Shown one piece after another: positions 12,034-24,679 of a DNA stretch of 64,000 nt. The DNA comes from Macrostomum hystrix (taxonomy: Eukaryota > Animalia > Platyhelminthes). The stretch's first letter is position 1, and each line of letters opens with the position of its first letter. The notes beneath the pieces are model-generated. The model saw nothing but the letters and a program-made list of their open reading frames with translations, searched no databases and was not told the origin of the DNA. The stretch lies in assembly GCA_950097015.1 (NCBI GenBank), contig CATNEN010000001.1:14632001-14696000 (forward strand). Reading direction: 5' to 3'. Both the position numbers and the translations under genes were made by a program.

Positions 12034-14490
12034 TTATTCTTCTTCGTCTGCTTCTTCCCCTGCGTCAGGCTGCAGTGGCAATTCCACGATGTTAAAATTA
12101 TGTGCGTCGTTTGCCTCCGCGTCTGCAATGGTTGCCAAGTTGGCCTGGCGTCTTTCGAGTCGCTGAGGCGCATGCTTTAAATATGACCCGACTAATTCAT
12201 CGATATCCATGGCCTGCAAACCGCAGCTGGGAAAGGAATACCAGACGATATCTGGAAGTTTTTTTAAATGGAGAATTTCAAATACAACGATGATGTGACC
12301 AGTGGCATCGCTGACGGGGGGACAGGGGGGACATGCCCCTTCACTGAAAAACCTGGAGGACAAGCTAATTGTCCCCTCACCCCAGTGGCCTAACATGTAG
12401 TTAAAAATAATGCGAACCAGTTTATTCTTAAGAATTTGACACCCATAATCAACAACAGCAAACTACCTTTTCTACTACGAGCGTAGACCATTGAATTTCT
12501 TAAGATTCTGGAAGCCCCAACAACCCAAAAAATCCTGTCCCTCATTCCGAAACGGCACCTCTTTTTAAAAAAATACATACATCTACTACTTGAAACCATT
12601 CCCTCAGTCACTTATCTTACAAGTACTCCTGTCTTTATACCCTACTTCTCAAGAGACCCCGTGCCTCTTTTAAGGACTCGGTGCCTCTTCTTAAGACCCT
12701 GCATGTGACTTCTCAAGCATATGCAGAATATTCAGTGGTCAAAACAGTGGTGTTAGGAGACTAAGTGCCACCTTTGTCCCCCCTTGAAAAGCGTGGTGAC
12801 GCGCCTGGATGTGACTATGAGGTAATATTCTGTAGAAAAGATTAAGACACAAATGCTTACTTCTAATTAGAGGCAGCAAGCCTAACCCTTCAAATTATGT
12901 TTTTTGAGATCCAGATAGAGTGGCACCACGCAAATTAAATGCGGAAGCAATTTCGTCCGGCATAATGGACCGCAGAGTATTGGCGATGAGGAGAGACGGA
13001 TTCTTGCCACCGATAAGCTTGAAATAGCGAGTCTAAAATTGCAGCAGTGAAAATGAGTAGTCAATATGGACTCAATTTTCTTGAAGAGAAAATAGCTATA
13101 TATATAGCCATAGGCCTAATCTTACGGCATCATCCATCGCAACTTTGTCTCCCGTAACAGACTTAGCCCAAGCAGTAAGTTGGGCCATATTTGTGCAAGG
13201 CAGGCATTTGATTGATGGCCTGGAATCAGCTGTTTGAATTGGTGGTCGGTTCCTACTTGCATGCTGATTTGCATCCCGGTCACGAAGATACAAAGCGTAG
13301 AAGTCGGAAAACTTTGAGTCCAAGTCCTTCACAGCAGTATGAAGCGCCTTTACGTACGAAATTGTTAGCGCTGAAATAAAATGTGAGATACAATGCAAAA
13401 ATGGACAAAACATGTTCTAAAATTGAACTTCTATTGCTTAGTTCTAAATTTTAATGAATAAGTTATCAACATAAGCATTTTAAAGATTAAAAACCCTCGA
13501 GAATTGAAATATTTACAAAACCTTACTCACTTGCTTCACTAGAAACCTCGGGTATTGCTTCGAATATGCCATGCTCAACGTGTTCAATACCAGCAATATT
13601 AGAGTCAAAATTAGGTGAAGATGATACTGACAATTGTTCTTGATGGTTGTTGTAGTTGGAATTAGGTGAAAACAATGGCCCCGATGGTCTAGGCGACGCC
13701 ATAGATGCAGCACCACCTGATGGTCTAGGCGACGCCATAGATGCAGCACCACCTGATGGTCTAGGCGACGCCATAGATACAGCACCACCTGATAGTCTAG
13801 GTGACGTCATAAAAGCAGCACCTGATGGTCTAGGTGACGTCATAAAAGCAGCACTTGATGGTCTAGGCGACACTAGAAGTGGCCTCTGGTGTTGCGATGT
13901 CGCTAAGGACTGCCATGAGGTTCGAATCCCGACCGACCAAGCTGAACTCGAAGCAGCAGACGAAGGAACAGTAGGAGCTTTTGGGGGAGGCGGCAATGAT
14001 AATTCATTAGCTCCTTGGCTGGTCCGCTTTCGCCGCCGCGATGACTGAGCATCATCTGTATGCTCGTCTATGAATCTACTAACGCCCTGTCGACGTCTTC
14101 CCGTTTCGTAGTCACGACTCGACTTCGCCGTGATTGATAAAGCGTGAGCGAAGGCTCTTGGCCGCCTCAAATGTTTCTAGGGAGAAATAGGCACAAGCAT
14201 TCACATTATATTTAAAAAACAATTTAGCCTTAAACAATCTAAAAAATTGCACGGTCGATAAATATCTTACCGCGAGACCCAATTATATCGATAGTCTCAA
14301 TGCTCCAATTTTCGTTCGGCTTATGTTCACGTTGAAGTGCAGTAGAGTAGACATTGGCTGGGTGACACCGTACAGAAGTATTTGAAATTAGCCACGATCT
14401 TAACAGCAGATCAATAGATGAGTCACTAAGATATTCAACCAGTAGAAACTTGTCATCTTTTTTTGGTTGATTATCTCCATCGTTTTCCAT
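12034..14490 (-). pseudogene. Multi-exon DUF4806-like CMC/EnSpm accessory gene (one in-frame stop seen)
   Basis: N-terminal FLLVEY..D.SIDLL..SW...HP...KPNENW; Ser/Pro repeats (SPRPSGGAASMA); exon ~13030-12861 IGGKNPSLLIANTLRSIMPDEIASAFNLRG...KT*FEGLGLLPLIR; last exon 12251-12034 ELVGSYLKHAPQR; GT-AG introns. Confidence 0.7.
12300..12807. mobile_element. Non-autonomous hAT-type MITE inside an intron
   Basis: 8-bp TSD gatgtgac (12292-12299 and 12808-12815); ends cagtggcatcg... / ...gacgcgcctg with ggggggaca subterminal motifs. Confidence 0.85.
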
Positions 14491-15437
14491 TGTGCAGCTA
14501 AATTGCTGAAACAAGCATGTGCAATTTAGAGATTAAGTGAATTAGCAGTAAAGCGTTAACCGAGAAATTAACGCTAACTCTAGTTTGATTATATTTAATG
14601 ACAACATTTACAGAAACAATTAAATATGAGTTTCAATTAATATCACCTTTCTTGTTGCTGCTCCTCTTGCACAGACAGCAAGACTCCACTAACGAGCTAA
14701 ACGACGGTATAACAAGTTGATGCCAATCAGATCTCAATGCTCCATCTGGCAACCGCAACGCTGAAATGACTGATTCCGGAAGTCTAACTCGAAATGATGC
14801 CAGCTCTTCTCCGGAAATCGGGGCCAGACTGAAAAAGTTAGAATTATTTAAGTACAGCAAAGAATGATTGAAGCCAAAACGTCGAGACACAAATTGCAAC
14901 AAAATGCCAATGCAAGCAAGGTACGGAAGGCATTCAATGAGACAGTGCTTACTCGTGTTCAACAACTTCTGGAGTCCGACCACAACTGGAAGACAGAAGT
15001 TCCAAAACGCTTCTTCTATGTCGATTGAGATAAGTATATAAGTATTTCTTACTACCCGGTGTGTTGGGTAGATTCAGAAGCTGACAAAGCAATTGCAGCC
15101 GCAAATCAGATTCGCGCCGATGGCTTGGCCTATCAGTGCCAAAGTAGTCGTCGACTGTAATGCGTCCTTGACGAAAAACTTCAACAAGTTTCTCAACTGT
15201 AACTAAAAGACCATCTAAAAAACGAGACGGAAGGAAGAATTGCGAAGAGCAACTTACAAAATGAATGTCTCACAGATAGCGCACACTTACTAGTTGCACT
15301 TGCCAAACCATCACCACCATCGAAAGAACAAGACATGCTTTGCACCAAGATTCACATGATGCGTAGCATCTGGGACTGAATGCTGAAATAAGAAAAATGG
15401 CTAAGCAGTACAAGTGCACCACGGCACAACACTGAAT

Positions 15438-15806
15438 GGTTGGGCATGCTGGGCATGGTTGGGCATGGCTAGGCATGGCTGGGCATGGTTGGGCATAGTT
15501 AGACATTGTATGGCATGGTTGGGCATGGCGGGGCAAGCCTGGGCATGGTTAGACATGGTAGGGCATGGCTAGGAATATGGTTTGGCAAGTCTGGGCATTG
15601 CTGGGCATGGTTGGGGCATGGCAGGTATAGCTAGGCATGGTTAGACATTGCTGGGAATGGTTCGGCAAGCCTGGGCATGGCTAGGCATGGTTGGGCATGG
15701 TTAGGCAAGCCTGGGCATGGTTGGGCATGGCTGGGAATAGTTGGGCATGGTTGGGCATGGCTGTGAATAGTTGGGCATGGTTGGGCATGGCTGGGAATAG
15801 TTGGGC
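15438..15806. repeat. 10-bp satellite (gggcatggct/t)n, left block
   Basis: Direct inspection. Confidence 0.9.
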
Positions 15807-16804
15807 AGAGATCCTTCCTGCACTGTCTGCTTCCTTCGGCGTATGCCTTCGTCCAGCTGCTGTTGCATGTCCTGCTGCATCTGCCGCATGCCTTCGTCCA
15901 GCTGCTGTTGCATGTCCTGCTGCATCTGCCGCATGCCTTCGTCCAGCTGCTGTTGCATGTCCTGCTGCATCTGCCGCATGCCTTCGTCCAGCTGCTGTTG
16001 CATGTCCTGCTGCATCTGCCGCAGGCCTTCGTCTATCTGCTGCTGCATCTGCCGCATGCCTTCGTCCAGCTGCTGTTGCATCTGTCGCATGCCTTCGTCA
16101 GTCTGCACAATCTGCTGCTGCTTCTCGGCTTGCTTCGGTGAACCATCGACTTGAGTACCAATGCCGCCATCTGAAGCAGTCACTCGCAAATCCACTTGTT
16201 TCAGCAGTAAGTTGTGAAAGACATCGTCTTCCATATGGCGAAGTTTCAGTGAATGCCACCAGAGTCCGCGAACCGGACTGCCAGATCCGCCTGATACCAG
16301 AAGCCAGCATAGAGCCTGTGAAGGAGCGCATTATTTAGACAATCACTCTCAATTGTAAAAAGGTGAATAAAATACTGATGCATGAATATATCAATCATTT
16401 ATGTTCTGCTTGCTACGATTGTTCCAATAAAACTGAACTACAAAAACCAGAATACCGATTGCAATAACACAGGTCTATTAGAATAGAAGAACTGGACCAA
16501 GAGTACACTAGAACATACGTTTCTATAATAAAAGAATGCATACATTTCATTGAACACTAAAGTGACTTACAGCATGATCAGACCTCCAGTAGTACGATTT
16601 TGAATGGCCACTAGTCCCATAATGGCTGTTCTTAAGGCAGTCGCAAAGCCGGAGCCTGGCAAGAGATGGAGGACAGTTGTCTAGATCAACCCACGAAGCA
16701 AACGAACCCGCAGGACAGACGTAGGAGCTTCCTAGAGGACCCAATTGTACAAAAACCTCAGACTCCAAAGGTTGCCTACATAAAATGCGACTGATAAGCG
16801 CCAT
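15701..16804 (-). CDS. Two-exon orphan protein with a 15-aa coiled-coil-like repeat (LDEGMRQMQQDMQQQ)
   Basis: Exon 1 16804-16571 (ATG...SDHA|gtaagt) joins exon 2 16315-15701 (cacag|ALCW...) in phase 0 without stops; the C-terminus reads into the 10-bp satellite. Confidence 0.5.
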
Positions 16805-16905
16805 GGAACAAATCGAACTGAAAAAAGTGAGGAATGAGGAAACGTTACAAAAGCACGCGTCTCATGTTTAAAGGCACATTACGGCAAGGAACAAGCTCGA
16901 GAGAC

Positions 16906-17430
16906 GGCATGGCTAGGCATGGTTGGGCATGGCTAGGCATGGTTAGACATTGTAGGGCATGGTTTGGCATGGCTGGGCATGGTTAGACATTGTAGGGCAT
17001 TGCAAGGCATGGCTGGGCATGGTTAGACATTGTAGGGCATGGTTGGGCAAGGTTCGGCATGGCTAGGCATTGCTAGGCATGGCTGGGCATGGTTAGACAT
17101 TGTAGGGCATGGTTCGGCATGGCTGGGCATGGTTAGACATTGTATTGCATGGTTGGGCATGGTTAGACATTGTAGGGCATTGCTAGGCATGGCTGGGCAA
17201 AGTTTGGCATTGCTAGGCATGGCTGGGCATGGTTGGGGCATGGTTAGACATTGTAGGGCATGGTTCGGCATGGTTCGGCATAGCTAGGCATGGCTGGGCA
17301 TGGTTAGACATTGTAGGGCATTGCTAGGCATTGCTGGGCATGGCTAGGCATAGTTTGGCATGGCTTGGCTTGGCTGGGCATGGCTAGGCCTAGACATTAT
17401 TATATATTGCTAGGCATAGCTGACATGGCT
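16906..17430. repeat. 10-bp satellite (gggcatggtt/agacattgta)n, right block
   Basis: Direct inspection; same family and orientation as 15438-15806. Confidence 0.9.
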
Positions 17431-19944
17431 AGACAAGATAATCATGGTTTATCAAAAACAATAGCAAATATAGCAATACATTTCTTTGAACTTGAAAGAC
17501 GAAATTTTGATGTGACAATATAAGCTAGAATATAGAATTTAGAAGTAGCTAATCATTTATTGAACCCAAATATAAGTAAATTGAATAAATTATATAAACC
17601 AAATTGTGGAATCTAAATAGAGTAAACAAATAATGAATGATAGATATTTTGTCTTTTTTAGCATGTCAGTCTATACATTTTTTAGAGAAGTTAACAAACA
17701 AATAGACAATTTCCTTTTTCCCTATGTGAGTATACAATAATGTTAAATAATAAATATGCTCAATATTATATAATATCATATCAAGTTGGCTTTCTATATA
17801 TATATTCAATGAAATATGTTTGAGGAATAGAATTATATTAAAATTGTCATAACTAGCTCTACAGTATTCTAAGTCTAAGTACAACATTCTTTTTTCTAGG
17901 ATTTTTTCATAGCCATCTTAATCCTGCTTTAGCTAGCTATATAGCTAAGCATAGGCATAGCTATCTTTTGTTCAAAAGCAAAAAATCTGATGAGAAACTT
18001 TTAGAAAGTCTTTTTCTCTATTTCATTTCCATAGCCATATAGGGTTAGAACTCTTCTCTCCCCCACAAGTGTAGGTCTATGTATAACTAGGTGTAGCTAT
18101 ACACTGCATAACACTATACTCTTGACAGTCTTTGCACATAAATTAAACCACAAAAGGGTATATACTATTGTTGAAAGTAATATTCTAATAGAGCTTCATT
18201 TCGAAAAATAGTGCTTCGAATCCTAAGTGTTGAGGGTTTCACACCACGTGGGGTACGACAAGTTCGTTGAAAACTTTAGCTGCAGTTTGAATATTTCACG
18301 ACAAACGATCCTTGAAGACATCTATAGATTATAGGGACGTTACATAGTTTTTAGCAATGTGCCTAGACTAATAGCAAGTACTCTTAAATATTGTGGCACA
18401 GTTACTTCTTGCGCTAATAAAGCGAAAAATATGTATTGTGTGCCATTTTAGCCGCTCTGTGCAGCGTGGTAAGTCCAGCAATAAAATGACTGGCGTAAAG
18501 CCGTTAAAGTACTTTATTACTTCCTACATGCTTAGACAGAGCGGCACAAACCCTGGGTAGTGTGACACAAGAAGAACCTGTTATGCTTCTCTTAAAAATA
18601 AAAACGGCACACATTTTCCTCATTGCGTCACGGAGTGGGAGACCAGCAATAGCTCCAGCAATAAAAAAAACAAATTTCGCCGCTCTGGATCCAAGCGACC
18701 TGTCTTGGAGGCCTCAATTCTTCGTGGCACAGAATCTGTGGGTCAAAATAAATAAAATTCATTCATTTCCAGCAGTGGCACACCAAGTTTTCAAAAGTCT
18801 ATTGCTGGCCCTATTGCTGGCGACCGGGGAGTTGTTTTTGCCAAAATCACGTTTTTCGATTTTAAAAGTTAATTATAACAAAATTTTGCAACTGACAGAC
18901 GTGAATATCATTTTTCTGACAGTAGTCATCTAGGTGTTTCTAATAAGTACAAATTTTGGCTCATTCTTACGCTTCACCTATCCTTATAATATCCTAATGG
19001 ATACTATGGACAAACGTCTTAGATAACAAAAACTTATGTCGTAGGCCCTCCCTCTTTACTTTTATTTCCTATCCGCAAAAACTGTACTTATTATAAATTC
19101 AGCTATTCTTACTATTATTTATCTCTGCCTTCACTATATAATATGGTTATTCTATAGCTATCTAACTCAGAACGATATTGTTATCTAACTATGATAGCGA
19201 TTTTGTGTCCGAGCGGCAAGACACCTTTTAATATTGCACTGGTTTTAACCAACCCTATTGAGCATCCAATGGATTAAAGTTGTCTAATTCAACACGAATA
19301 TTATTATTATATCTAACCTTCCCTATTCAGAACGTTTTCCTTATATTATTCTAAAGCAATAATTAACACAAGAACAACTCCAATTTATTTCACTCAGTTC
19401 TCTCTTCCTAAGATCTATTTCCCTAGTCTCCTCTTGTATTTCGGGACAAAAACGTCAAGTCTTTTAGGCAAAAATCGCATGATATAAATAGTATTTTGGG
19501 CGGGGGTTGGTAAGCGCATTTAAACAACTGAAATTTGTTGCAAAATAATGTTGGACAATTGGGCGTAAATTCAACTTTAGGTTTTACGGGAATATTTCAT
19601 GGGCCTGCCTCACATATGATAGGGGCCTAACAGGGCCATGTTAGGAGCATAAAATCATTATATTACAATCGACCCTCTTCAAATATATCATTTCAACGAA
19701 TCGCCCTTTGAATATTACAGCTGATGTGATAATCAGTTCCTGTTGAATACATTCAGGTCTAACAATCAATCCCCTTTTGAATAGTTGCAATTGCAATTAC
19801 TTCCCTTAAATTGCAATAATTTAAACTATCTACTGCACACCATTCAAAAGATGATAATTTCTGCAAACAAATAGTAAAACTTAATGGAGTATCACCAGCC
19901 TCTTGATTTTGTGTAGCATTTCATGCATAGCTGATATTATCAAT

Positions 19945-20328
19945 ATTGCTTTTAATTGCCCAAGTCCAAGCTCCACTTTTCAACTCTAAGTCTAAGTCTA
20001 AGTCTAAGAAATTGCTTTCAATTGCCAAAAGTCCAAGCTCCACTTTTCAAGTCTAAGTCTAAGTCTAAGTCTAAGAAATTGCTTTTAATTGCCAAAAGTC
20101 CAAGCTCCACTTTTCAAGTCTAAGTCTAAGTCTAAGAAATTGCTTTCAATTGCCAAAAGTCCAAGCTCCACTTTTCAAGTCTAAGTCTAAGTCTAAGAAA
20201 TTGCTTTTAATTGCCAAAAGTCCAAGCTCCACTTTTCAAGTCTAAGTCTAAGTCTAAGAAATTGCTTTCAATTGCCAAAAGTCCAAGCTCCACTTTTCAA
20301 GTCTAAGTCTAAGTCTAAGTCTAAGAAA
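19945..20328. repeat. ~59-65-bp tandem repeat with a variable internal (agtcta)n tract, ~6 copies
   Basis: Unit attgcttt(t/c)aattgccaaaagtccaagctccacttttca(agtcta)3-4agaa. Confidence 0.95.
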
Positions 20329-21017
20329 TCCAGGTCAGAATGCTAAATACAGGAAACATAATAAACAAGAATTTTTTAAAGCGAAAAAAGAGCTCTACGC
20401 AGGAAAGAAGTTTTCTATTCTTCGCTCCATTACTTGCAAACATTACAAAATTAGAATTTCTAAATGTAATGGTTTCCGTTACATAATTAATCCATTAATT
20501 CAGCGCTTTTTTTCTCCGCCGCAGCACGCCAACAGGCCAAGATTCAAAATCGGCCAGGACGCGTGCAGCGTGCTGCGATGAATTGAAGATTTCCTGCTCC
20601 GGCGCACGGATATCGCGCGTCCGTGGTGGATACAACGGCGACCGTTGCTACGGCCAAGAATCTATAAATTGACAATATTATATTTGACAAAGTCAAAATA
20701 TACATAATAAATAAAGAATAAATAATTCAGATCTATTCGAAATACAACAAACACTCTGGCTCTGTCGTACCTCTGTCGTACATCACATGAAAATTTACTT
20801 CCGACTTCTTCCGACAGCAAGCGAGTTATCAGCGCTTTTCAAATTTGGACTCGATTCGTAGTACAGTTCGAAAGTTATTCACGTTTTGACTTTTACATAA
20901 AAATTAAATCTCTTGACTAAAACAAAAGCTAAACAGACTAAATGCCAAAATTATGTCGAAAAATATAGGCAAAATTACATTACTAAAATTAAAAAAAATA
21001 ATTTTTTAAATAGAAAT

Positions 21018-21212
21018 AGAAAACTCAAGTATTGGATTCTTACGTGTAGAAACTCTAGTATTGGAGTCCTTTGAGTTTTCCAATACTGGATACTTGAGAA
21101 CTCGAATACTGGATTCTACGAGTAATTAGTAAAAACTCCAATAGTGGAGGCTTAACAGTAGAAACTCCAGTATTGGATCCTATATGTAGAAACTCCACTA
21201 TTGGAGTCCTAT
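21018..21212. repeat. Cluster of quasi-palindromic ~20-bp motifs (aaactcca(g/c)tattgga(g/t)tc) in both orientations
   Basis: About 7 degenerate copies upstream of the P-loop ORF. Confidence 0.7.
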
Positions 21213-21296
21213 AAGTGATTAGTGATGATTTGATGATTATCTGTGATTAGATGTGATGATTATATTTCAGATTAATTTTCAATTTCAGCCCTAAAA

Positions 21297-21785
21297 ATGG
21301 CAGGTCATATTAAAATAGAAAATAATGTTCTGTCTGCCTTTGCAAAGTCTGATGCTACTTGCGCCAAGCTGTTTGCAATGCAGTCTGCGCTCGATGGTGT
21401 CTGCCAAGCTATTAGTGATGTGACGCTGAAGCCAGGTGGTGTTGGATTGGTTTTGGTACATGGGCCCAGTGGCTGTGGCAAGAGTACACTTTGCAGCGCG
21501 ACTCAACGTCTTATGAAGTTTGCAAACGTCAAATGTGTTGTCCTGCCCTGCAAATTTGCAAGTGCAGATCATGTTTTGAATTGCCTGGAGGAATTGTCTG
21601 ATGAATTCCCGGCTGTATTTTCGCACAAACCGCTCAACAAGCAGTCTGTTCAGCAAGCTGCAGTGTGGATTGGGAGCTACTTGATCTCATCAAGTAGCGA
21701 GCGTATTGTGAAGACGGATTTGTTGAATTTGTTTCGAATTTGTTTCGAAACAGGCAGTAGCCTGACGGACTGCATTATAGTGTGA
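21297..21785 (+). CDS. Short P-loop NTPase ORF resembling the N-terminus of a Helitron/Pif1 helicase
   Basis: KLFAMQSALDGVCQAI...GLVLVHGPSGCGKSTL...RLMKFANVKCVV (Walker A with a preceding Q-motif-like helix); no clear Walker B; tttcag acceptor just before the ATG. Confidence 0.6.
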   Translation: MAGHIKIENNVLSAFAKSDATCAKLFAMQSALDGVCQAISDVTLKPGGVGLVLVHGPSGCGKSTLCSATQRLMKFANVKCVVLPCKFASADHVLNCLEELSDEFPAVFSHKPLNKQSVQQAAVWIGSYLISSSSERIVKTDLLNLFRICFETGSSLTDCIIV

Positions 21786-22355
21786 GACACTACACCTCCA
21801 CTCCCATCTTCTTTAGTATCCAGGTGCTGATTTGTCAGTGCGCGAGTGTTATATTTGTTCAAATTATTTTTTTGTTCACGTTGGAATGAGTATCAAGTAA
21901 TATCGTATCTCATACGTATTGACCATCATGCATATTATTATTATTGTGTTTCCCTGTTTGCTTGTCGTTGCTAGGGTGTAATAAAAACTGTCGTTTCTTA
22001 AAACAATGTCGTACATGAAAATGTATTTTAAAAAAATGAAACTCGATAATAAAGACACCAAATAAAGCTATAGTTTAGTATGGTAACAGTAACAAAATAG
22101 CATAAAATATAGCACCACTTGCAGTGTGCGGTGCCACATTTTTTCTACCTACATACGAAGTATATACACGCACTCAAATACTCTCTTGCCGACGAACTTC
22201 GCGACTCACTTTAAGTTAATCCATAGATTAAACTGCAAAAGTATGGTTAAGAGTGACACTACTTGAAGTAGCATTTTCAAGGAATCGTTGATAAGCATGT
22301 CGGCTTGGCCCTGGTAACACATACGAGCACAGACCAGTTAGATTTTGAGTTTTTT

Positions 22356-23290
22356 TAGGTTTTCGCACCCGCGGAACCCGCACCCGATTCAGCCTTGCTG
22401 AGGAGCTTGCCCGCATATTCACATACGTATGCTCCTCTGGCGAGGGCACACGCAGCAAAAGCCCCGCGGCCTTTGCTACGGGTAGCACCAACAATTACAG
22501 CTGAATCATCATTGCTAAGGAGCCACCGGAGGACGTCTGCTTGGCCTGCTGCCTTTCGCGCACCCTTAAAACTTGCTCCCTGCGTAGGGCCGCGGATAGT
22601 GACGTCGGCAGGGCCTTCGTCGTCGCCACTGCCAAATGAGGCATCGATGTCTACCTATATTTTTTCAATTAAAGTATGTATGAGGCTTGTATGAGCATGT
22701 AGAGGCTTAAAGTATAACCTCAAATACGAGCTTAAGAGCTTATGGACTTACGATTTTGGACTCAAAATACAAAAGGTATAAAAGAAAATAATACGGGTAT
22801 AAGTAAAAGTACTTTAAAAGTAGTAGATAAAAGACGGAAAATAACAATTAAACCAGACAATAAATATTTATTACATACATCGATTAATGGCCCTCCAGGC
22901 AAGGATCCATTTATTACGGACCGACGCGCGTCCGGTGTCTATATTGAGTAGGATTTAGATCGAATGAACATTAATGTTCATCCTGCTAATTTACATCTCT
23001 ACGATATCGCAGGCCTGTGTAGAATTTGGGGCAAGGTATTATGCTATGCCATGCTATACTATACTACGAGCTCGAAAAATTTGCGCCAGGGTTTCTATGC
23101 TGTCTTTCTGCATAGCGTGCTGAATACCGCTTATATAGATCTGCTACAAGTAAGTAAACGTGAATACTAGCAGATACAAAATACTTACAGTGGCAGCAGC
23201 GGAGCCGGTGGTGGTGGCGGTAGCAGCGTAGGTGGCAGAGGCGGCCGTCATAGTGGCACCGGCAGCACCGGCACCTTCAGCTGGCTGGAC
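22356..23290 (-). pseudogene. Spliced SET-domain (lysine methyltransferase-like) gene, N-terminal half only
   Basis: Exon ~23290-23189 (Ala/Thr-rich, |gtaagt) joins an exon starting at 22654 (atatag|VDIDA...) in phase 0, giving SKGRGAFAACALARGAYVCEYAGKLLSKAE, the SET GxG..A....G..V.EY.G signature. NHS and ELxxDY motifs were not found. Confidence 0.7.
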
Positions 23291-23567
23291 AGGTTATATT
23301 TGAGGTTATATAAATATATTTAGCTAAAGTTATCATGTAATTTTGATTCATTTGCACTTAAAAGCTTGGAAAACTTACGTGGAGAAGCGTGTTGGATAAT
23401 AAAAAGATTAATGGACATTGAACACCAAACGACTTGATTGTGCTTATAAACTTTTTATAATTTTGTATATTGACAACTTTTTTTATTTAAAGCTTTCGCA
23501 GAAAGACTATGAATGCTTAGTTAAAATATGGAATTAAGAATTGGTAACTAAAATTTTACAGCTTACA

Positions 23568-24160
23568 CTAGGATTTTTTGTTTTTAGACTTTTTGTTATT
23601 TGGTTTGATTGAGATTTTGACGAGTTGAGGGAGATAATCACTATTGAGGTCGTCTATAACTTCAAAATGACTGATGTATGGTGCAATGTCTGTTGTGCAG
23701 ATTCCTAGGTCGAGCACATTACCCAGATGTTTCTCAGCTCTTTCTGCGTAGCGTGTGTATTGTCCTGGTTCATTGAGAAGAACGGGAGGTGAATCAGAGT
23801 CAATGAGCCACTGATAAAGTTGCTTTCCGGTGTAATTTTCTGGGCTTTCGCCCTGAATTGCTGCCATTCTGCAGTTGAAGTCGCCTAGAATCAAGCTGTG
23901 GGTTGAAGAGAGGAGTGAATCAAGAATGCTGGTGTTGAGAGTATCTGGAAGTGGTGCCCTATAGAAAAGTGAGATGGTGAGATGCTGCAGATCGTTGCCG
24001 TTGCCCTTAGTGTCGATGGTGATGGACATGTATTCATGGTTGGTGCCGTCGTAGTGTGCACTGACAGTGCTGACTTTGATGAATTCACGGTGAGCGATGA
24101 GTTGACCACGTCTACATTGAGGAGTATCTAGTCTGATGGTTTATCGAACTTCAATTGAGT
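23568..24160 (-). pseudogene. Stand-alone APE-type (EEP) endonuclease with no RT downstream
   Basis: D*ILLN, RGQLIAHR, FYRAP, LILGDFN, LLNEPGQYT, VLDLGI and SDYLP (SDH motif with H>Y), then a basic tail and a stop. Confidence 0.8.
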
Positions 24161-24175
24161 TCCCGTGACTTGTGA

Positions 24176-24484
24176 GTCTGTGAGATGTTGCAGTGAGTCG
24201 CCATCACAAGTTGAGCCGCCTGATGTGTAAATTGTGCGTGATAGTTAAGCTCTGTCCATTGGCCCAATGAGTCACATCAGCGTAAATCCTGTTCCTTTTG
24301 GAGCAGGTTGACTGCATATCAATGGGCCTTGAGAGACGTGGTTGAAATACGTGTTCGCTGCTTATCACGATTCAGAGGTTCTTCCACGATAAAATGGAGG
24401 GTATGCAGCCATGGTCTGAAGCAGCCTAATCGCAGACCTTAAATCTTGTGATGGCCGACTAAGCATGTTGAGCTGTGCTGTGGC
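24176..24484. repeat. 309-bp near-identical direct repeat, second copy at 30127-30435
   Basis: gtctgtgagatgttgcagtgagtcgcc...gttgagctgtgctgtggc with only a handful of substitutions. Confidence 0.95.
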
Positions 24485-24679
24485 TGTGCTGCTGTGCTGC
24501 AGTGACATCAAAGAAAGTGAATATTATATAGTAGGAGTAGCGGACTTGTCACAGTAGGGCGTGAAACAAAAGTCAGAAAAGGTATATTCTTATGTCTGCA
24601 TATTTGACAGGAGTATTATATTTTACATTTATAAGCCGTGCAAAATGCTGTGAATGCATACAAAAGCAATTTATCCATT

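Noticed and set aside
14633-15210. Possible coding region on either strand
   Set aside because: Multiple stops on plus and no recognisable motif on minus; cannot be assigned.
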